64,000 nt of DNA from Eledone cirrhosa. Taxonomy: Eukaryota. The DNA lies in assembly GCA_964016885.1 (NCBI GenBank), contig OZ024753.1:26784001-26848000 (forward strand), read 5' to 3'. Position 1 is the first letter of the stretch; each line of letters begins with the position of its first letter. Under the pieces are notes generated by a model that was given only the letters and a program-made list of their open reading frames with translations, made no database searches and was not told the origin of the DNA. Below, one piece after another: positions 51,436 through 64,000 of this stretch. The position numbers and the translations under genes were made by a program.

Positions 51436-52193
51436 CTATAATTAGTTTTAAATAAAGTTCACATTTTTTTTCCCCGCAGATATTTAATTGCACTTTTTTG
51501 TTTCTAGTTATGTATTTTATTGAAAATGTTTATTCATTATAAAAATTAAATGATAGCATTCTATATATGGGTGGGCCCCCTTCATCTCCTGGCAAACAAT
51601 ACTTTTAGACCCAGTCCTCCACAGCACATAACATATATCACTCTAACACTACACATTTATTGCTATCTTTTTACATATACATAAATAGTTTCTGATTTAG
51701 GAACAAGGCCAGAAATTTGGGGTCTGATGGGGTTTGATAATTTGATTAAATCAACCCCAATATTTCACTAATATATTTCATCATAAAGGATCTTGTGATG
51801 CATATTCACCTTGTTATGAAGCTCACTAGGCTAACCTCTAATTTAGCAAGGAATATGGTATTAGAATGCTTGTTGAGTTGTTGAAACATTTCCAAAAGAT
51901 TGTCATTAATTAAAATAATTCCAATCATTGTAAATATTTATAAGTGGGATTGCAGATATAGAAGAGTACTACTTATCTTGTAGCTATACATTCTGTGAGT
52001 GTGTTTCCATGAAACATATATACATAAACACCAGGTTCAAACACAGAAGAATTGAAATCCCACTATCACTACTTCTGTCTCTCTTGTTCTCCCCATCTCT
52101 CACTATTATGAGCAAATGGGGGCCCACGCACTGGCCTCCCTGCATCCCCAGTGGACTGGCTGCCCTGAAGCCCAGAATTGTACTTATCTCCAA

Positions 52194-52482
52194 CATGCTC
52201 AGAGTTACTGAAGCATGGAACAAACTACCTGCATCAGTTGTTAGCTGTCAAGACACTGCACCCTTTAAAACCTCCATAAAACAAACTATCTGCATCAGTT
52301 ATTAGCTGTCGAGACACTGCATCCTTTAAAACCTCAATAGAACAAACTACCTGCATCAGTTGTTAGCTGTCGAGACACTGCACCCTTTAAAACCTCCATA
52401 AAACAAACTACCTTATTAGCTGTCGAGACACTGCATCCTTTAAAACCTCCATGGAACAAACTGCCTGCATCAGTTATTAGTT
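52194..52482 (+). repeat. CR1 3'-derived ~60-bp tandem repeat (about 4.5 units)
   Basis: AACAAACTACCTGCATCAGTTGTTAGCTGTCGAGACACTGCA units match the CR1 RT end (WNKLPASVVSCRDTA). Confidence 0.8.
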
Positions 52483-52873
52483 TTAGGGATTCACACACAC
52501 ACACAGACATCCTCAAGGAAGTGACGTAATGCAGACAGTCAGACATACAGACAGATATTATAAGAGCGCGACGTTATAAGTATGTATCTATCTAAAAAGA
52601 GAAAGACTAAGAATTATAGAGCGAGATCGCTAAATCGCCTAATGTGGTCCCTGGGTCATAGAAAATTTGAAATTATTTTTACTCAGAACACTCCCTGAAA
52701 CATAAGTATTACATGTGTAAAGTTTGAAAACAGTCAGTTGGGATTCGAACTCACACACACACAGACAGACATCCTCAGTTTTATATATATAGACTAACAG
52801 AAAACCGCCCACCGTGTGGTTTTCTGCTAGTATATATATATATATTACACACACAGAAATGTATATATACTTC

Positions 52874-52904
<31 letters not shown>

Positions 52905-53809
52905 TACACACACAGAAATGTATATATATTTCTGTGTGTGTATATATATATATATATATTACACACACACAGAAATGTATATATGTTTCTGTAGCACTCC
53001 TCAATCCCCCCCTCTCTCCCCCCCTCTCTCCCTCCCGCTATCCCCCTCTGTCTCTTTCTTTCACTCTCACTCTCTCTCTACGCATGCGCAAAAAACATTC
53101 ACACGCGCGCACGTGTTTTAGCGTCTATTCACTCTCCCTCTCTCCCTCCCGCTATCCCTCTCTCGTAGTCTGTCTCTTTCTTTCACTCTCACTCTCTCTC
53201 TACGCGTGCGCAAAATATATTCGCACGCGCGCACGTGTTTCCACTGTCGGACAGAGAGACAGAAATTGCTGGTTATATATTATTATAAGGAGATGTGTGT
53301 GTTAAGTAATTATATATATTATATATATATATACAGAGAGAGAGATAGAGAGAGACAATCATACATACATAAAAGACGTTCACTATTAAAACTTTTTTGC
53401 ACCCATTTTTGCGATTAAATAAAAACAGAGTTTTTAAATAAACAGAGTTTTTAAATAAACAGAGTTTTAAATAAAAACTTGAGATTTTCGGCTCAGAGAA
53501 ATTTGGGGAACTGATGTCGCTAAATCGTCAAAGTTGCATCGCGGAGAGGGTAAAGGGTCAATTTTGATTTTCGTAACGACGGCAAATTTTTTAATTTCTT
53601 TCCCGGTATCTTGTTCCTTGCTTGATATAAGTAAATAAATAAAACAATTAATTTACTCCTCACCTCTCTTTAATCTGAAAATCATATTACCGTGGGGGCG
53701 AAGGGGTCAACGTAAAGCCCTCACGGTAATTTGATGTTTAGATTAACTAGAATGGAAAATAGATGTAAAACGATGATGATATATTATGTATTTATTTTTT
53801 TAATTGCAG

Positions 53810-53908
53810 GTGCTGTATGTGCTGGAATAGTTGGATAAAAAATGTCCAGATATTGTCTGTCTGGAGACACTGTTAATACAGCATCAAGGATGGAATCTCG
53901 TGGCCATC
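53810..53908 (+). pseudogene. Orphan exon of a guanylyl cyclase catalytic domain with an in-frame stop ([31 protein letters not shown])
   Basis: TTGCAG acceptor and GT donor, 99 nt. Matches the GC signature [30 protein letters not shown], with TAA, P>S and F>S lesions. Confidence 0.85.
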
Positions 53909-54701
53909 GTAACAATCTTATTTTTATTAATTCTGTTTTATTATAGTTTTAATCCTTTCAATACCAATCTGCCAGAAACCACCCCTGGTTCTATGATATA
54001 AGGTTGTTTATTTCAAAATGTTTATATTTATCTAAAAGCCCTATTGTTAATACTCTGCTGGCAATGGACATATCTAATCATTGTTGTTGTGTGCATCACA
54101 CACACATGCATATATATATATATATAATTAATACAATAACAGAGATAGTTTAAAGCTAAACTCTGACTGGTATCCATCTCACTCAACAAACATTAGGCTA
54201 TATTTAAATATAAACCCAATTTAAGTGTTTGGGGTGCTAACAATATGTATAATGTGGAAAAACCAGTTGTATTATTTTATGAGATATAATTAAAGTTAAA
54301 ATACATCTCTCTTTCCAAACAATTGTTTCATTATAAGTTTTCTACAAGTTGGGAGAATATTTCCAGTTTATGTAGAAGCCTAATATATATTCATATAAGA
54401 ATATATTTAGGTGGGCACTTATAAATCATCAGTGGAAGCCCATTAAACTTTGATATAAGAAAGAAATTCTTACCGCAGTCAAAAATCGTGTCTGTTAAGT
54501 TGCTCTTTCTCGCATCAAATGACCGCCAAATTTGAAATTCCAGCAGTTCTAGACTGAGGAAGTATCATAGCGACACGAAGCGGGAAGGGGAGACAACTAC
54601 GATCCACAAAAGGAGGAAAAAAATAATAATATACACGCGGGTTAATTAGTTTTTTCGAAAACATTATCAATCCATTACCGTGGGGGCGAAGGGGTCAACG
54701 G

Positions 54702-54793
<92 letters not shown>

Positions 54794-54972
54794 ATCTACC
54801 AAAATATACGGTAGTGTCCAATCCGTATGAAGAACTCAATGTAATCCAAATATCATGAAAAGAGAAGATGTATTCAAAATTTTTTCGATGAAAAACACAG
54901 GAAAACAGAGTCAAGATAAATTAATAAAAATAAGGAATAAAAACAAAGAAACAGTTCTTTATATTAAAAAAT

Positions 54973-55079
54973 TCATCATTTTACGATCGTTTCTAGGATA
55001 TATATGTGTGTGTTGGTATGTATATCATATAGATCTATGTAAAATCTACACATATATATGCTGTCTTCAGAAATAATGA
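54973..55079 (-). ncRNA. Hammerhead ribozyme in the PLE pseudo-LTR (second copy 57420-57557, +)
   Basis: TCATTATTT CTGAAGA [extended stem II ATATATATGTGT/ACACATATATAT] GAAA CGATCG TA AAATGATGA; base of stem II imperfect. Confidence 0.65.
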
Positions 55080-55889
55080 TATGTGTTTATTGAAAAAAAA
55101 CAACAAAGATTTAATATAATAGGTCTGTTTGGGAACAGGTTTTGAATTGACCAATAGAAAGGTAGTAAGTGGTCAAGATGATAGAATAGTAGTAATAGAA
55201 ATTTAATTTAGGGGTAGAGGAAAGCAGACTTCAGTTTTGAATGGAAAGAGTATTTTGAATGAAAAGATTACTTTGGGATGAAAATAGGTCAAGCCGGTGA
55301 AAGGTACACGAAAATTTGATGTTATAAAAGAATAATGCTAATGTTAAAATCTAAGGAGAATAAAATTTTACGATAAATGTGTTAGTGAAAAATATCAATC
55401 TTATTTAAAACATAAGGAATTTACATCTATAAAAAGAAAATAAATTAATTTAATTGATAGGTATATTTATATTGATAAATTTATATTAATTCATATAGAT
55501 ATGATAAATAAGAGTTAGATGTAATTGAAGAATGTTGTTTTAAAAAAAAATGGGGGGGGGGGGGATAAATGTATTAGTGAGAAATAACAAATTTATATAG
55601 ATTACAAGGAATATAGATTCATAACCTTTTATAAGGCAGCTTTAGCTAGAAGCGGCCACAAAAACAAATTAGTATATATACCTTGTACCAATAATACTAC
55701 AAATAATATTACCAACAAACACCAAATGAAATATACACACCTAAATGCCACTCACACTATACCCCAAAATACCAACTTAAAACTTAATTTCTCTAACTCT
55801 ATTATACAATATAATAACTTTCAAAAAACCATTCATCCTAATATTCCAATATATGTTAATAACAAAATTCCTAATAATCACCTAAATCA

Positions 55890-56864
55890 GTGAATCTAAC
55901 TAAAAATATGTGTAATAAAATCACTAATACTAATTCTCTTAGAAAACATCAGGATATATCGTATAAAAATAAAAAACAACATCGAAACCGTAATAGACGA
56001 GTTACTTGGTATAATGCTCCATTTAATCTACAAATTAAAGATAATATACCTAAAAAAATTGTTACTATCCTAGAGAAAAACTTCCCGCCAAAGCATAAAT
56101 GCCATCAAATTTTAAATAGATCAACGGTCAAATTCTCCTACTCAACAACTAAAAATATACAACAAAATATAAGTGCCTATAATGCATATAAATGTAAAAA
56201 AAAAACCATGAATATACCACCAATACATCAAACTAATCATAATACTAAAATAAACCACAGCAAACCACCATCTCATTCACATACAACAAGTCGAGAAAAT
56301 TCCACACCTAATTTGACTATCTCCTCTGATACAACATTCACGAAAGGTTGTAACTGTAGAAACAAAGCAAATTGCCCATTAAAAGGAAATTGCCTTATTA
56401 ATAACATAGTATATAAATGTAAAATTAACACTAAGGACTCAACTTATTCATATATAGGAGCTACTTCTAACCAATTTAAAGTAAGATTTAATACCCACAA
56501 ACACAGTTTAAAAAATGCCGCATTAGCTAATACAACATCCTTAGCTGAAATAATTAATAATTATAGAAAAAAGAATATCGATTATAACCTGACCTGGAGT
56601 GTGCTCAAAAGGGCCACCCCTTATCAAAATAATAGGTATGAATGTAGATTATGTTCCCAGGAACTTTTTGAAATAATGAAATCTAAGGATATCCTATTAA
56701 ATAAGCGACAAGAATTAATTATATCATGTAATCATAAAATTAGAAGAACTTTTAAATATTATAAACCTAATTTTGTAATCTATATAAAGTTGTTATTTCT
56801 CACTAATACATTTATCCCCCCCCCCCCATTTTTTTTAAAAACAACATTCTTCAATTACATCTAA
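55890..56864 (+). CDS. Penelope-like RT thumb remnant + GIY-YIG endonuclease (5'-truncated)
   Basis: NIVYKC...YIGATSNQFKVRFNTHKHS and Cys clusters typical of PLE endonucleases. Confidence 0.8.
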   Translation: MNLTKNMCNKITNTNSLRKHQDISYKNKKQHRNRNRRVTWYNAPFNLQIKDNIPKKIVTILEKNFPPKHKCHQILNRSTVKFSYSTTKNIQQNISAYNAYKCKKKTMNIPPIHQTNHNTKINHSKPPSHSHTTSRENSTPNLTISSDTTFTKGCNCRNKANCPLKGNCLINNIVYKCKINTKDSTYSYIGATSNQFKVRFNTHKHSLKNAALANTTSLAEIINNYRKKNIDYNLTWSVLKRATPYQNNRYECRLCSQELFEIMKSKDILLNKRQELIISCNHKIRRTFKYYKPNFVIYIKLLFLTNTFIPPPPFFLKTTFFNYI

Positions 56865-57312
56865 CTCTTATTTATCATATCTATATAAATTAATATAAAT
56901 TTATCAATATAAATATACCTATCAATTAAATTAATTTATTTTCTTTTTATAGATGTAAATTCCTTATGTTTTAAATAAGATTGATATTTTTCACTAACAC
57001 ATTTATCGTAAAATTTTATTCTCCTTAGATTTTAACATTAGCATTATTCTTTTATAACATCAAATTTTCGTGTACCTTTCACCGGCTTGACCTATTTTCA
57101 TCCCCAAAGTAATCTTTTCATTCAAAATACTCTTTCCATTCAAAACTGAAGTCTGCTTTCCTCTACCCCTAAATTAAATTTCTATTACTACTATTCTATC
57201 ATCTTGACCACTTACTACCTTTCTATTGGTCAATTCAAAACCTGTTCCCAAACAGACCTATTATATTAAATCTTTGTTGTTTTTTTTTCAATAAACAAAT
57301 ATCATTATTTCT

Positions 57313-57428
57313 AAAAATCCCGCCGAGGTTAACTTTGCCTTTCATCCTTACGGGGTCGATAAAATAAAGTACCAGTAATGCACTGGATAATTGCTGGCCT
57401 TGTGCCTAAAGTAGAAACAATTATTTCT
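57313..57428 (+). mobile_element. SINE fragment inserted into the PLE right arm with TSD ATTATTTCT-like
   Basis: Absent from the left arm; ATTATTTCT at both ends. Confidence 0.7.
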
Positions 57429-57608
57429 GAAGACAGCATATATATATGAGTAGGTATGTATATTCCCTCTGATAGTTTGTAAAGATTTTACATAGATCTA
57501 TATGATATACATACCAACACACACATATATATCCTAGAAACGATCGTAAAATGATGAATCTTTTAATATAAGGAACTGTTTCTTTGTTTTTATTCATTAT
57601 TTTTATTA

Positions 57609-57649
<41 letters not shown>

Positions 57650-59889
57650 ATACATTAACAGAGAGAGCTTTAAGCAATACTCAGACCGGCTTCCGTCTCA
57701 CTCAACAAACATTAGGATATACCTTAGTATAATCCCAATTATACGTTTGGGGTGCTAACTATACGTATTTTGCGGATAGCCAGTTGTATTATTTTATATG
57801 AGACATAATTAAAATACATCTCTCTTTCCAAACGATCGTTTCATTATAAGTTTTCTACAAATTGGGAAAATAATGTCCAGGTTATGTAGAAGCCTACACA
57901 TAGTCCGTAGGAATATATGTAGGTGGGTACTTATAAATCATCAGTGGATGCCCGACAAATATCGATATTAAAAAAAAAAAACCTTACCGATATTAATGTT
58001 CAGCGATGGCACCCAAATGACCGCCAAATGACTGCCAAAATGACCGCCAAATTTGAAATTCCAGCAGTCTCACAATGAGAAATCTCACACTGCCATCAAG
58101 CGGAAATATATATATATATCGATAAGACTACATTCGCTTAACGAGTGGGATAGAGCTCGTCAAATCGGACCGAAGAAACAATGTTTCCATTGCTCATATT
58201 ATCTGTCGGTCGCAAATCCAGACAGAAGGAGCAACGGGAAATAAAGTGTATATATATCTTTTGATACATCACCAATCTGACGAGCAGATCGATACTGGAG
58301 TGGGGTCCATAACTCCTATGGGTCATTTTCAGCCAATCCTCTGCGAAACGCGTGCAATAAATATTTTTCATATGTAAACGAAACTTGCTCGTTTTTTTTC
58401 TATTATATATATACTGAAATATGTAGGGAGGTGTTGTATTATATTAGAAATACATTAACACGGGAGAAGGGTTGCAATAGCTAAACAAAACTATCGTTTA
58501 ATTATGTATCTCACAACATGGGAGTTTTAAGTCGAATCTATCTGTCTGTCCGTTCATCTCTCACGATTCCCAAATGTGAGACATGCTAACCAAGTTCTGT
58601 ATTGGGAAGGGGACGACCCAAGATGAACTGGTGCCAGACAATTGAAAGAGACCTGAAACCCGTCAACAAAAGTTGGAACGATGTAGTATTAATAGATGCA
58701 ACTGACCGTAGTGGTCATTGGATCACTTTGGTTGCCTCATGTGTCTCAAAACGTGGCAGCTTCTGGCATCATTACAAGACATGAAGTGTTCTCATACATG
58801 ACTTTAATTGCTTTCGCGATCTAATGGGGTACCCCGTTAACAAAACAAACATTTGAACGATGTATTGATAGATGCAACTAACCGCAACATGATAATCAGG
58901 TCCTGTATTGGTATCCCCCTCCCAAGAAGGTAGATGAAGTGTCTAAAAAAGAAACTAAGAATGTAGATGAAAAGTTGGAACGATGTATTGATAGATGCAA
59001 CTGACCATGGTGAACATTGGAACACTTTGGTTGCCTCATGTATCTCAAGTCACGGCAGTTTTAAGTTTAATCTGTCTGTCCATTCATCTCACACGACTCC
59101 CAAGTGAAAGACATGTTAACCAGGTCCTGTATTGTTACCCCTTCATAAGAAAGTTGTTAGTGCGTTGGTGTCAAGACGATGTTTTTAATAATTTCATAAT
59201 TTAAAGAAAAAATCCAGAGATCAAATCCCTCAACGTCCCAAGATGATCTGGCGCCCAACAGCTGTGCCCATAGTAGAAACAATTATTTAAATCAAAACAT
59301 TTTTTGGAGTTTACATACAATTGTGAAGGCGCATCGCCGAGGTTGTAAGTTCAATTTTTGAACTGGGTGATGCGTTATGTCCTTGAACAAGACTTTTTAT
59401 TTCACGTTGCTCCTTCTGTAGATGTTATCAGCAATGGAAACATTGTTTCCTTGGTCTGTTTTGACGAGATCCACCCCACTCGGGAGATAATGAGGTCTGA
59501 GATCTATCGATCGATCAGAACGAGGGATTATATATATATGTATAGTGTTTTTGTGGTCGCCCTGTATATTGAAATACGTGAGGAGGGGTAGCAATAGCTA
59601 AACAAAACTATCGTTTAATTAGTTATTGGTGACATTATGGAGGGAAATAAATATACATTATTTCCATAAAAGACTTCAACATAAAATAAAGCTTTACTTT
59701 ACCTTCGTAAAAAATGTAAAAATTCAAGTTTTTAACGTTTATATTTTCTACGTGTTGGAAAATACGTCTAAAATTTAAGCAGCCATTTTTTTTCTGAAAT
59801 ATTTACAGCAATCGCGCATGCACCAAAAAATTAAACGCCAGTACGTATGCCCATAGAATTTTTCAACATACACGCATCTATCTATCTAG

Positions 59890-60740
59890 GGCGCTAACAG
59901 TCTTCTGGCAAGCGGGCACGGCAATCAGTGGAGACTCCACTTCGACATTCTATAGAGGATTAATACGTTACAAGGGCGACGACGTGCTCGGAGAGACTCT
60001 GGGCGTCGAAGACTACGAGCTCACCAGTCTGTTTGCTAGGACTTTCAGAGGTCCCTGGCCTGGCAGTGCTACCGAGAAGCTCTACCAGTGCGAGACAAGA
60101 TCTACAGGAACGGACGCCCCGGCAGGGATCCTTCCAAGAGGACGTGTCCAAGATGCGAGCAAGACATTGAAACCGTCTTGCACGCAATTGTATACTGCCC
60201 GGGCGTAATCGACCTGTGGAACTACGCAGAACAACTGCTGTCGCGTATGGGACAAATCCAGTTGACTGCCGAGTCCATAGTAAGGACCGTCACCCTCTTT
60301 CAAAAACGAAAGAGAGGCGGGTTTTCCTCTGTATAGTGGCTCCAGTGAAAGAGGTTATATGGTGGACAAGATTGAGAGGACTGAGGACAGATGCCTTTCT
60401 CTCTGGACAACAACTTATTCCCTTCTTTAGATACCACTTTAGAAGAAGGATCAGAGTGGAGAGAGAGGCACTGCACCCCAGTAAATTTACTGAAAGGTGG
60501 GTGAATGCAGCAAAAATGGCCCGACTGATTGGGCCTTCTCTGTATATAAACCTGACGCTCCTGGAGTTGAGGGTTGTTCTATCTACGGGGTATTAAACAA
60601 CCCATTTGTAACACCTCCCCCCTATTGGGGATTTCGATTGTTGAATTTGTTTGTTAAAAGTTTTCTTTTTACACGATTGTATGTAAAATCCCCGGCATAT
60701 GTCCTTGTATTGTCCCCTTTTCTTGTAACAACGAATATAG
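59890..60740 (+). mobile_element. Diverged 3' fragment of a Tx1-like LINE
   Basis: ISGDSTSTFYRGL, CPRCEQDIETVLHAIVYC and FFRYHFRRRIRVERE, related to copies A and B. Confidence 0.85.
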
Positions 60741-60759
60741 TGAAGAGTTTAGCATAAAA

Positions 60760-62205
60760 GTTGGTGTTCATCAGGGCTCCGTTCTTAGCCCCCTACTATT
60801 TATTATTGCCCTTCAGGCTATAACAGTGGAGTTCAAGACCGGCTGCCCATCGGAACTCCTATACGCAGATGAGCTAACACTCATAGCTGAATCAATGGCC
60901 GAACTAGACAAGAAATTCCAAACATGGAAGCATGGCCTAGAATCAAAAGGCCTTAAAATTAACCTGTCTAAGACCAAAGTTCTAGTTTGTAGGAAGGAAA
61001 ATAGGGCACTGGTCCCATCCAGGAAATGGCCATGCTCAGTGTGTAGGAAAGGAGTAGGTAGGAACTCCATTTTATGTCCCAAATGCAAAGTATGGGTGCA
61101 TAAAAGATGTAGTGGGATCACAGGTAAGCTAACTAAGAACATAGATTTTATATGTGGCCGATGCTCTGGTGCAATAAGTAGCTGCAAGTGCCCACAGAAT
61201 ACTAGCTCATTCCATTGCACAGATGGTTCTATAGAAATAGTGAACAGCTTCCGTTACCTGGGTGACAAAATCAGCAGTGGTGGAGGGTGCTCTGAAAGTA
61301 CAGTAGCTAGAGTCAGAACTGGATGGAAAAGGTTCAGAGAGCTTATACCACTATTAGCTGCTAAAGGGTTCTCTCTAAAAATGAAAGGCAGGCTGTATGA
61401 TGCCTGCATACGAACAGCAATATTACATGGCAGTGAGACCTGGGCATTGTGTGCAGAGGATATACGCAGACTGGAGAGGAACGAAGCTTGCATGCTCCGC
61501 TGGATGTGTAATAGTAATATACGTGAACGGCAAAGCATAAACGAACTAAGGGAAAAATTAGAAATAAGAGGGATCAGATGTTGTTTACTCGAGAGAAGAC
61601 TACGTTGGTATGGTCACGTGATGTACATGAAAAACGACAGCTGTATAAAAAAGTGCAGGGCAATAAAAATAGACGGTAGCCACGGAGTAGGCAGACCCAG
61701 AAAAACCTGGGACGACTTGATAAATTCCAACCTCACACACTTACACCTCTCCAAGACAATGTCACTGGACCGAGATCTTTGGCGCTACACAGTAATAGAG
61801 AAGACCCACCTTACCTAAGTACAAAGTGAAACCTACTACAGTCAGTAGGCACCTCTAACAAAATACACCCCCGTCCCACTACCCCCACCCCATCCACAGC
61901 ACCCCTTTCAATGTAAAGTTATGTTGGTACCACAACATCCAGCCCGAAACAAATGAGGTCGTGTAGGTGTCACGACAAAAAACACGCAGTCCACGCTGTA
62001 ATGTGGCCGTGTAGGTAACACAGTAAAAACCTCCCAGTTGCACACTGTAAATGTTGTTGGTGTTAGGAAGGGCATCCAGCCGTAGAAAACCTGCCAGACA
62101 GTCCTATGCGAGCAAGACAACCACTCTTGCCTCAAGTGGGAAAACTCCCGTCCAAACCCATGCAAGCGTGGAAGATGGACGTTAAACGATGATGATGATG
62201 ATGAT
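60760..62205 (+). mobile_element. 5'-truncated RTE-clade LINE with PHD-like finger and (TGA)n tail
   Basis: GVHQGSVLSPLLF; ORF 60826..61818; tail GATGATGATG at ~62188-62205. Confidence 0.9.
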
Positions 62206-62224
62206 ATCTATCTAGGACGGGTAA

Positions 62225-62497
62225 AATTCCCGAGATCCATGGACAAGTTCTCTTCAGCGGTCTCTGTCCCTCATCATCGCTGCCATGTCCTGCGTCTCCA
62301 AGAGACCAGTGTCTGTTCTTAAGGCATCAACATATGTCAACCTCGGTCTCCCTCTTCCAGTGTGTTCATGCAGGGGCTCCCACAGGAGCACTGAGTTCAG
62401 TGTCAACTCTGGATGTCGGTGAGCAGGTCCAGCTAACCTCAGTCTCCTCTCTGCTACTCTAGAGCTGACTTTTGGGAGGCTCCGGTACAGCTCTGAG
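62225..62497 (-). mobile_element. 3' end of a different RTE-like LINE
   Basis: Minus-strand translation ELYRSLPKVSSRVAERRLRLAG...LLWEPLH..GRGRPRLTYVD. Confidence 0.7.
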
Positions 62498-62504
62498 TAA
62501 AATT

Positions 62505-63600
62505 ACACACACATGTACACTAGGTCCGAACACAGACGAACCAAACTCCCACTATCATCGCCTCCATCTCTCTCGCCCTCCCCATCTATTACTATTATGA
62601 GCAAATGGAATTCCACGAGCTGGCCACCCCGCGGACAGAATAGAGAGGTATTTCCCCGGAGGATGGTAAGGAAGATGCGCTGGAAGAGTCATTCCATCTC
62701 GCGATGCTCACACATGCGGCTAGCCAGTGCTCGACTGCAAACCTGTCGGAGAGTCTCCGATATTTGGAGAGTTTACCCTCCTCAGCCTGAAGTGCAGGAG
62801 AGCCTGGTTTAGTCACAGACTACACCAGGTTGCCATTGGAGAATGTGTTGCTGCCAATGGCATCCCAGACGAGAGGTTTATCATCGTAGAACAGGAAAAT
62901 GGTCATGCCATCTGGCCTTTTGCTCTCCCCTCCGTCCAGCCCCATCGGCTCCAGCTAGGAGGGGAAGCCTGCAGCATCCAAGCCGTGCTTGATGACCTCG
63001 TTGAGAGCAGGATGGCGTGGAAGGCGACATTTTTGTGGCTTGTATATCCGGAGGCCGAGTCTCGGGGAAACCTCGATACGCAGGCTATCATTATCCAGCT
63101 GCGTGCCAGTTTAAAAGTGGGGTTGCGAAGCTGAGTGAAAACATGTGAAGCAGTGCTGGTCTAGCTGGCGCTCTAGTCTGTCTGAGGCCATGTTGCACTA
63201 GATGGCATCCCATATGCTCTGGGGGGATTTGACGTCAACAGTGGGAAAAGGAGAAAGGACGTCTACTGGGCTGAATCTGAGCCGGTTCCAAGTCTTGCAG
63301 GCGGCCTCATGTTCCTCGTTCACAGTGGGTTCCATTGTGTTGCCATCCAAGGTCGTCAAACCTGATGTTGCATATCACCTCAGCTGCCACTCAGATACAG
63401 GTGTCAAGGTCAGCAAGGAGAGATGTGTGGCTGTAGCAAGGAGCACTACAAAGTGTGTAGAGGAGCTTCAACATGCCGAATGTGTGCGTGAGGGTCATGA
63501 GCTCCTGGAACCTAGACCCGATGGTGGAGCGGATCAGCGACCGGAGGATGAGGACATCCTCTTTAGGGATCACCTGCACCTTTAAGAGAATGGATCTTCA
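62505..63600 (-). mobile_element. Degenerate CRE-clade (restriction-like endonuclease) non-LTR retrotransposon 3' region
   Basis: GTQLDNDSLRI..RLG, RH.ALNEVIK..L..AGFPS*LEPMGL...KRPDGMTIF....KPLVWD; 3' UTR similar to 52010-52170. Confidence 0.72.
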
Positions 63601-64000
63601 CTCTAGTGGTTCTCTACCCCTTATAACTGAAAACATATCTCTTTTTGTTTTCCTCTCTATATACTGTTTTATTAAGAGTCCGCTACTTATTCCCTGAGCT
63701 CATTAAATTACAGGGGATTAACGCGAGTCTTTCATTTGATATTTTGGCTCCTAATTTCTTCGTTAGTTGAGCTTTTTAAGTTGAATGGTTATAGGCTGCC
63801 ATTTCTAGTGGTTTCTTGATCCATTCAAGCCACTATGTACTGTCTGGTGCGCATGTTTTCGTTTCTCTCACCATATGTGTTTTTTTCAGTTGTCTAAAAT
63901 CTCTTTAGAAATGTTGACTATCTTCTTTACACCTGTTGATAAGCCCTGAGAAGGTATGGTATCAACATTGTCTATGACGAAACATTCTTTTCTTTGAGAT

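Larger units (their letters stand above)
54919..57612 (+). mobile_element. Penelope-like element: 5'-truncated body with GIY-YIG endonuclease flanked by ~690-bp inverted pseudo-LTRs
   Basis: 54919-55607 is the inverse of 56773-57612 (the latter carries a SINE insertion). ORF motifs VTWYNAPF, CNC..CPL.GNC, IVYKC, YIGAT, RFNTH, CRLCSQE. Confidence 0.88.

Noticed and set aside
52560-53320. Helitron-like element (ACACAGACAGACATCCTC, also 48465-48600)
   Set aside because: Resemblance only; canonical termini and 3' hairpin could not be established.
63600-64000. Further coding sequence at the window end
   Set aside because: Multiple stops and no recognisable motif in the frames examined.

Overview
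AT-rich metazoan (non-prokaryotic) genomic DNA. The (TA)n tracts, RTE/CR1/Tx1/Penelope content and tRNA-derived SINEs suggest a mollusc, probably a cephalopod (inference). The only host gene pieces are the last two coding exons of V-ATPase subunit E (+, 27464-27551 and 29164-29226) and one orphan, stop-containing guanylyl cyclase exon (53810-53908). Bases 1-27.4 kb appear to lie in one large V-ATPase E intron. They consist of a 46-bp satellite array holding two Tx1/L1-clade LINEs with the same 3' junction in the satellite monomer, a near full-length CR1-clade LINE with a poly-Q ORF1, a truncated CR1, a 2-kb non-autonomous LTR element with an extended tRNA-Trp primer-binding site, short internal Tx1 RT fragments and an amplified foldback hairpin. 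Bases 30-64 kb are a mosaic of RTE LINEs carrying a PHD-like finger, a Penelope-like element with inverted pseudo-LTRs, at least five hammerhead-ribozyme folds, solo LTRs with TSDs, a 94-bp-TIR MITE holding a Tx1 3' end, a 3-kb long-TIR element containing a second tandem array, CRE-clade remnants and SINEs. All calls come from manual reading; no database searches or folding programs were run.
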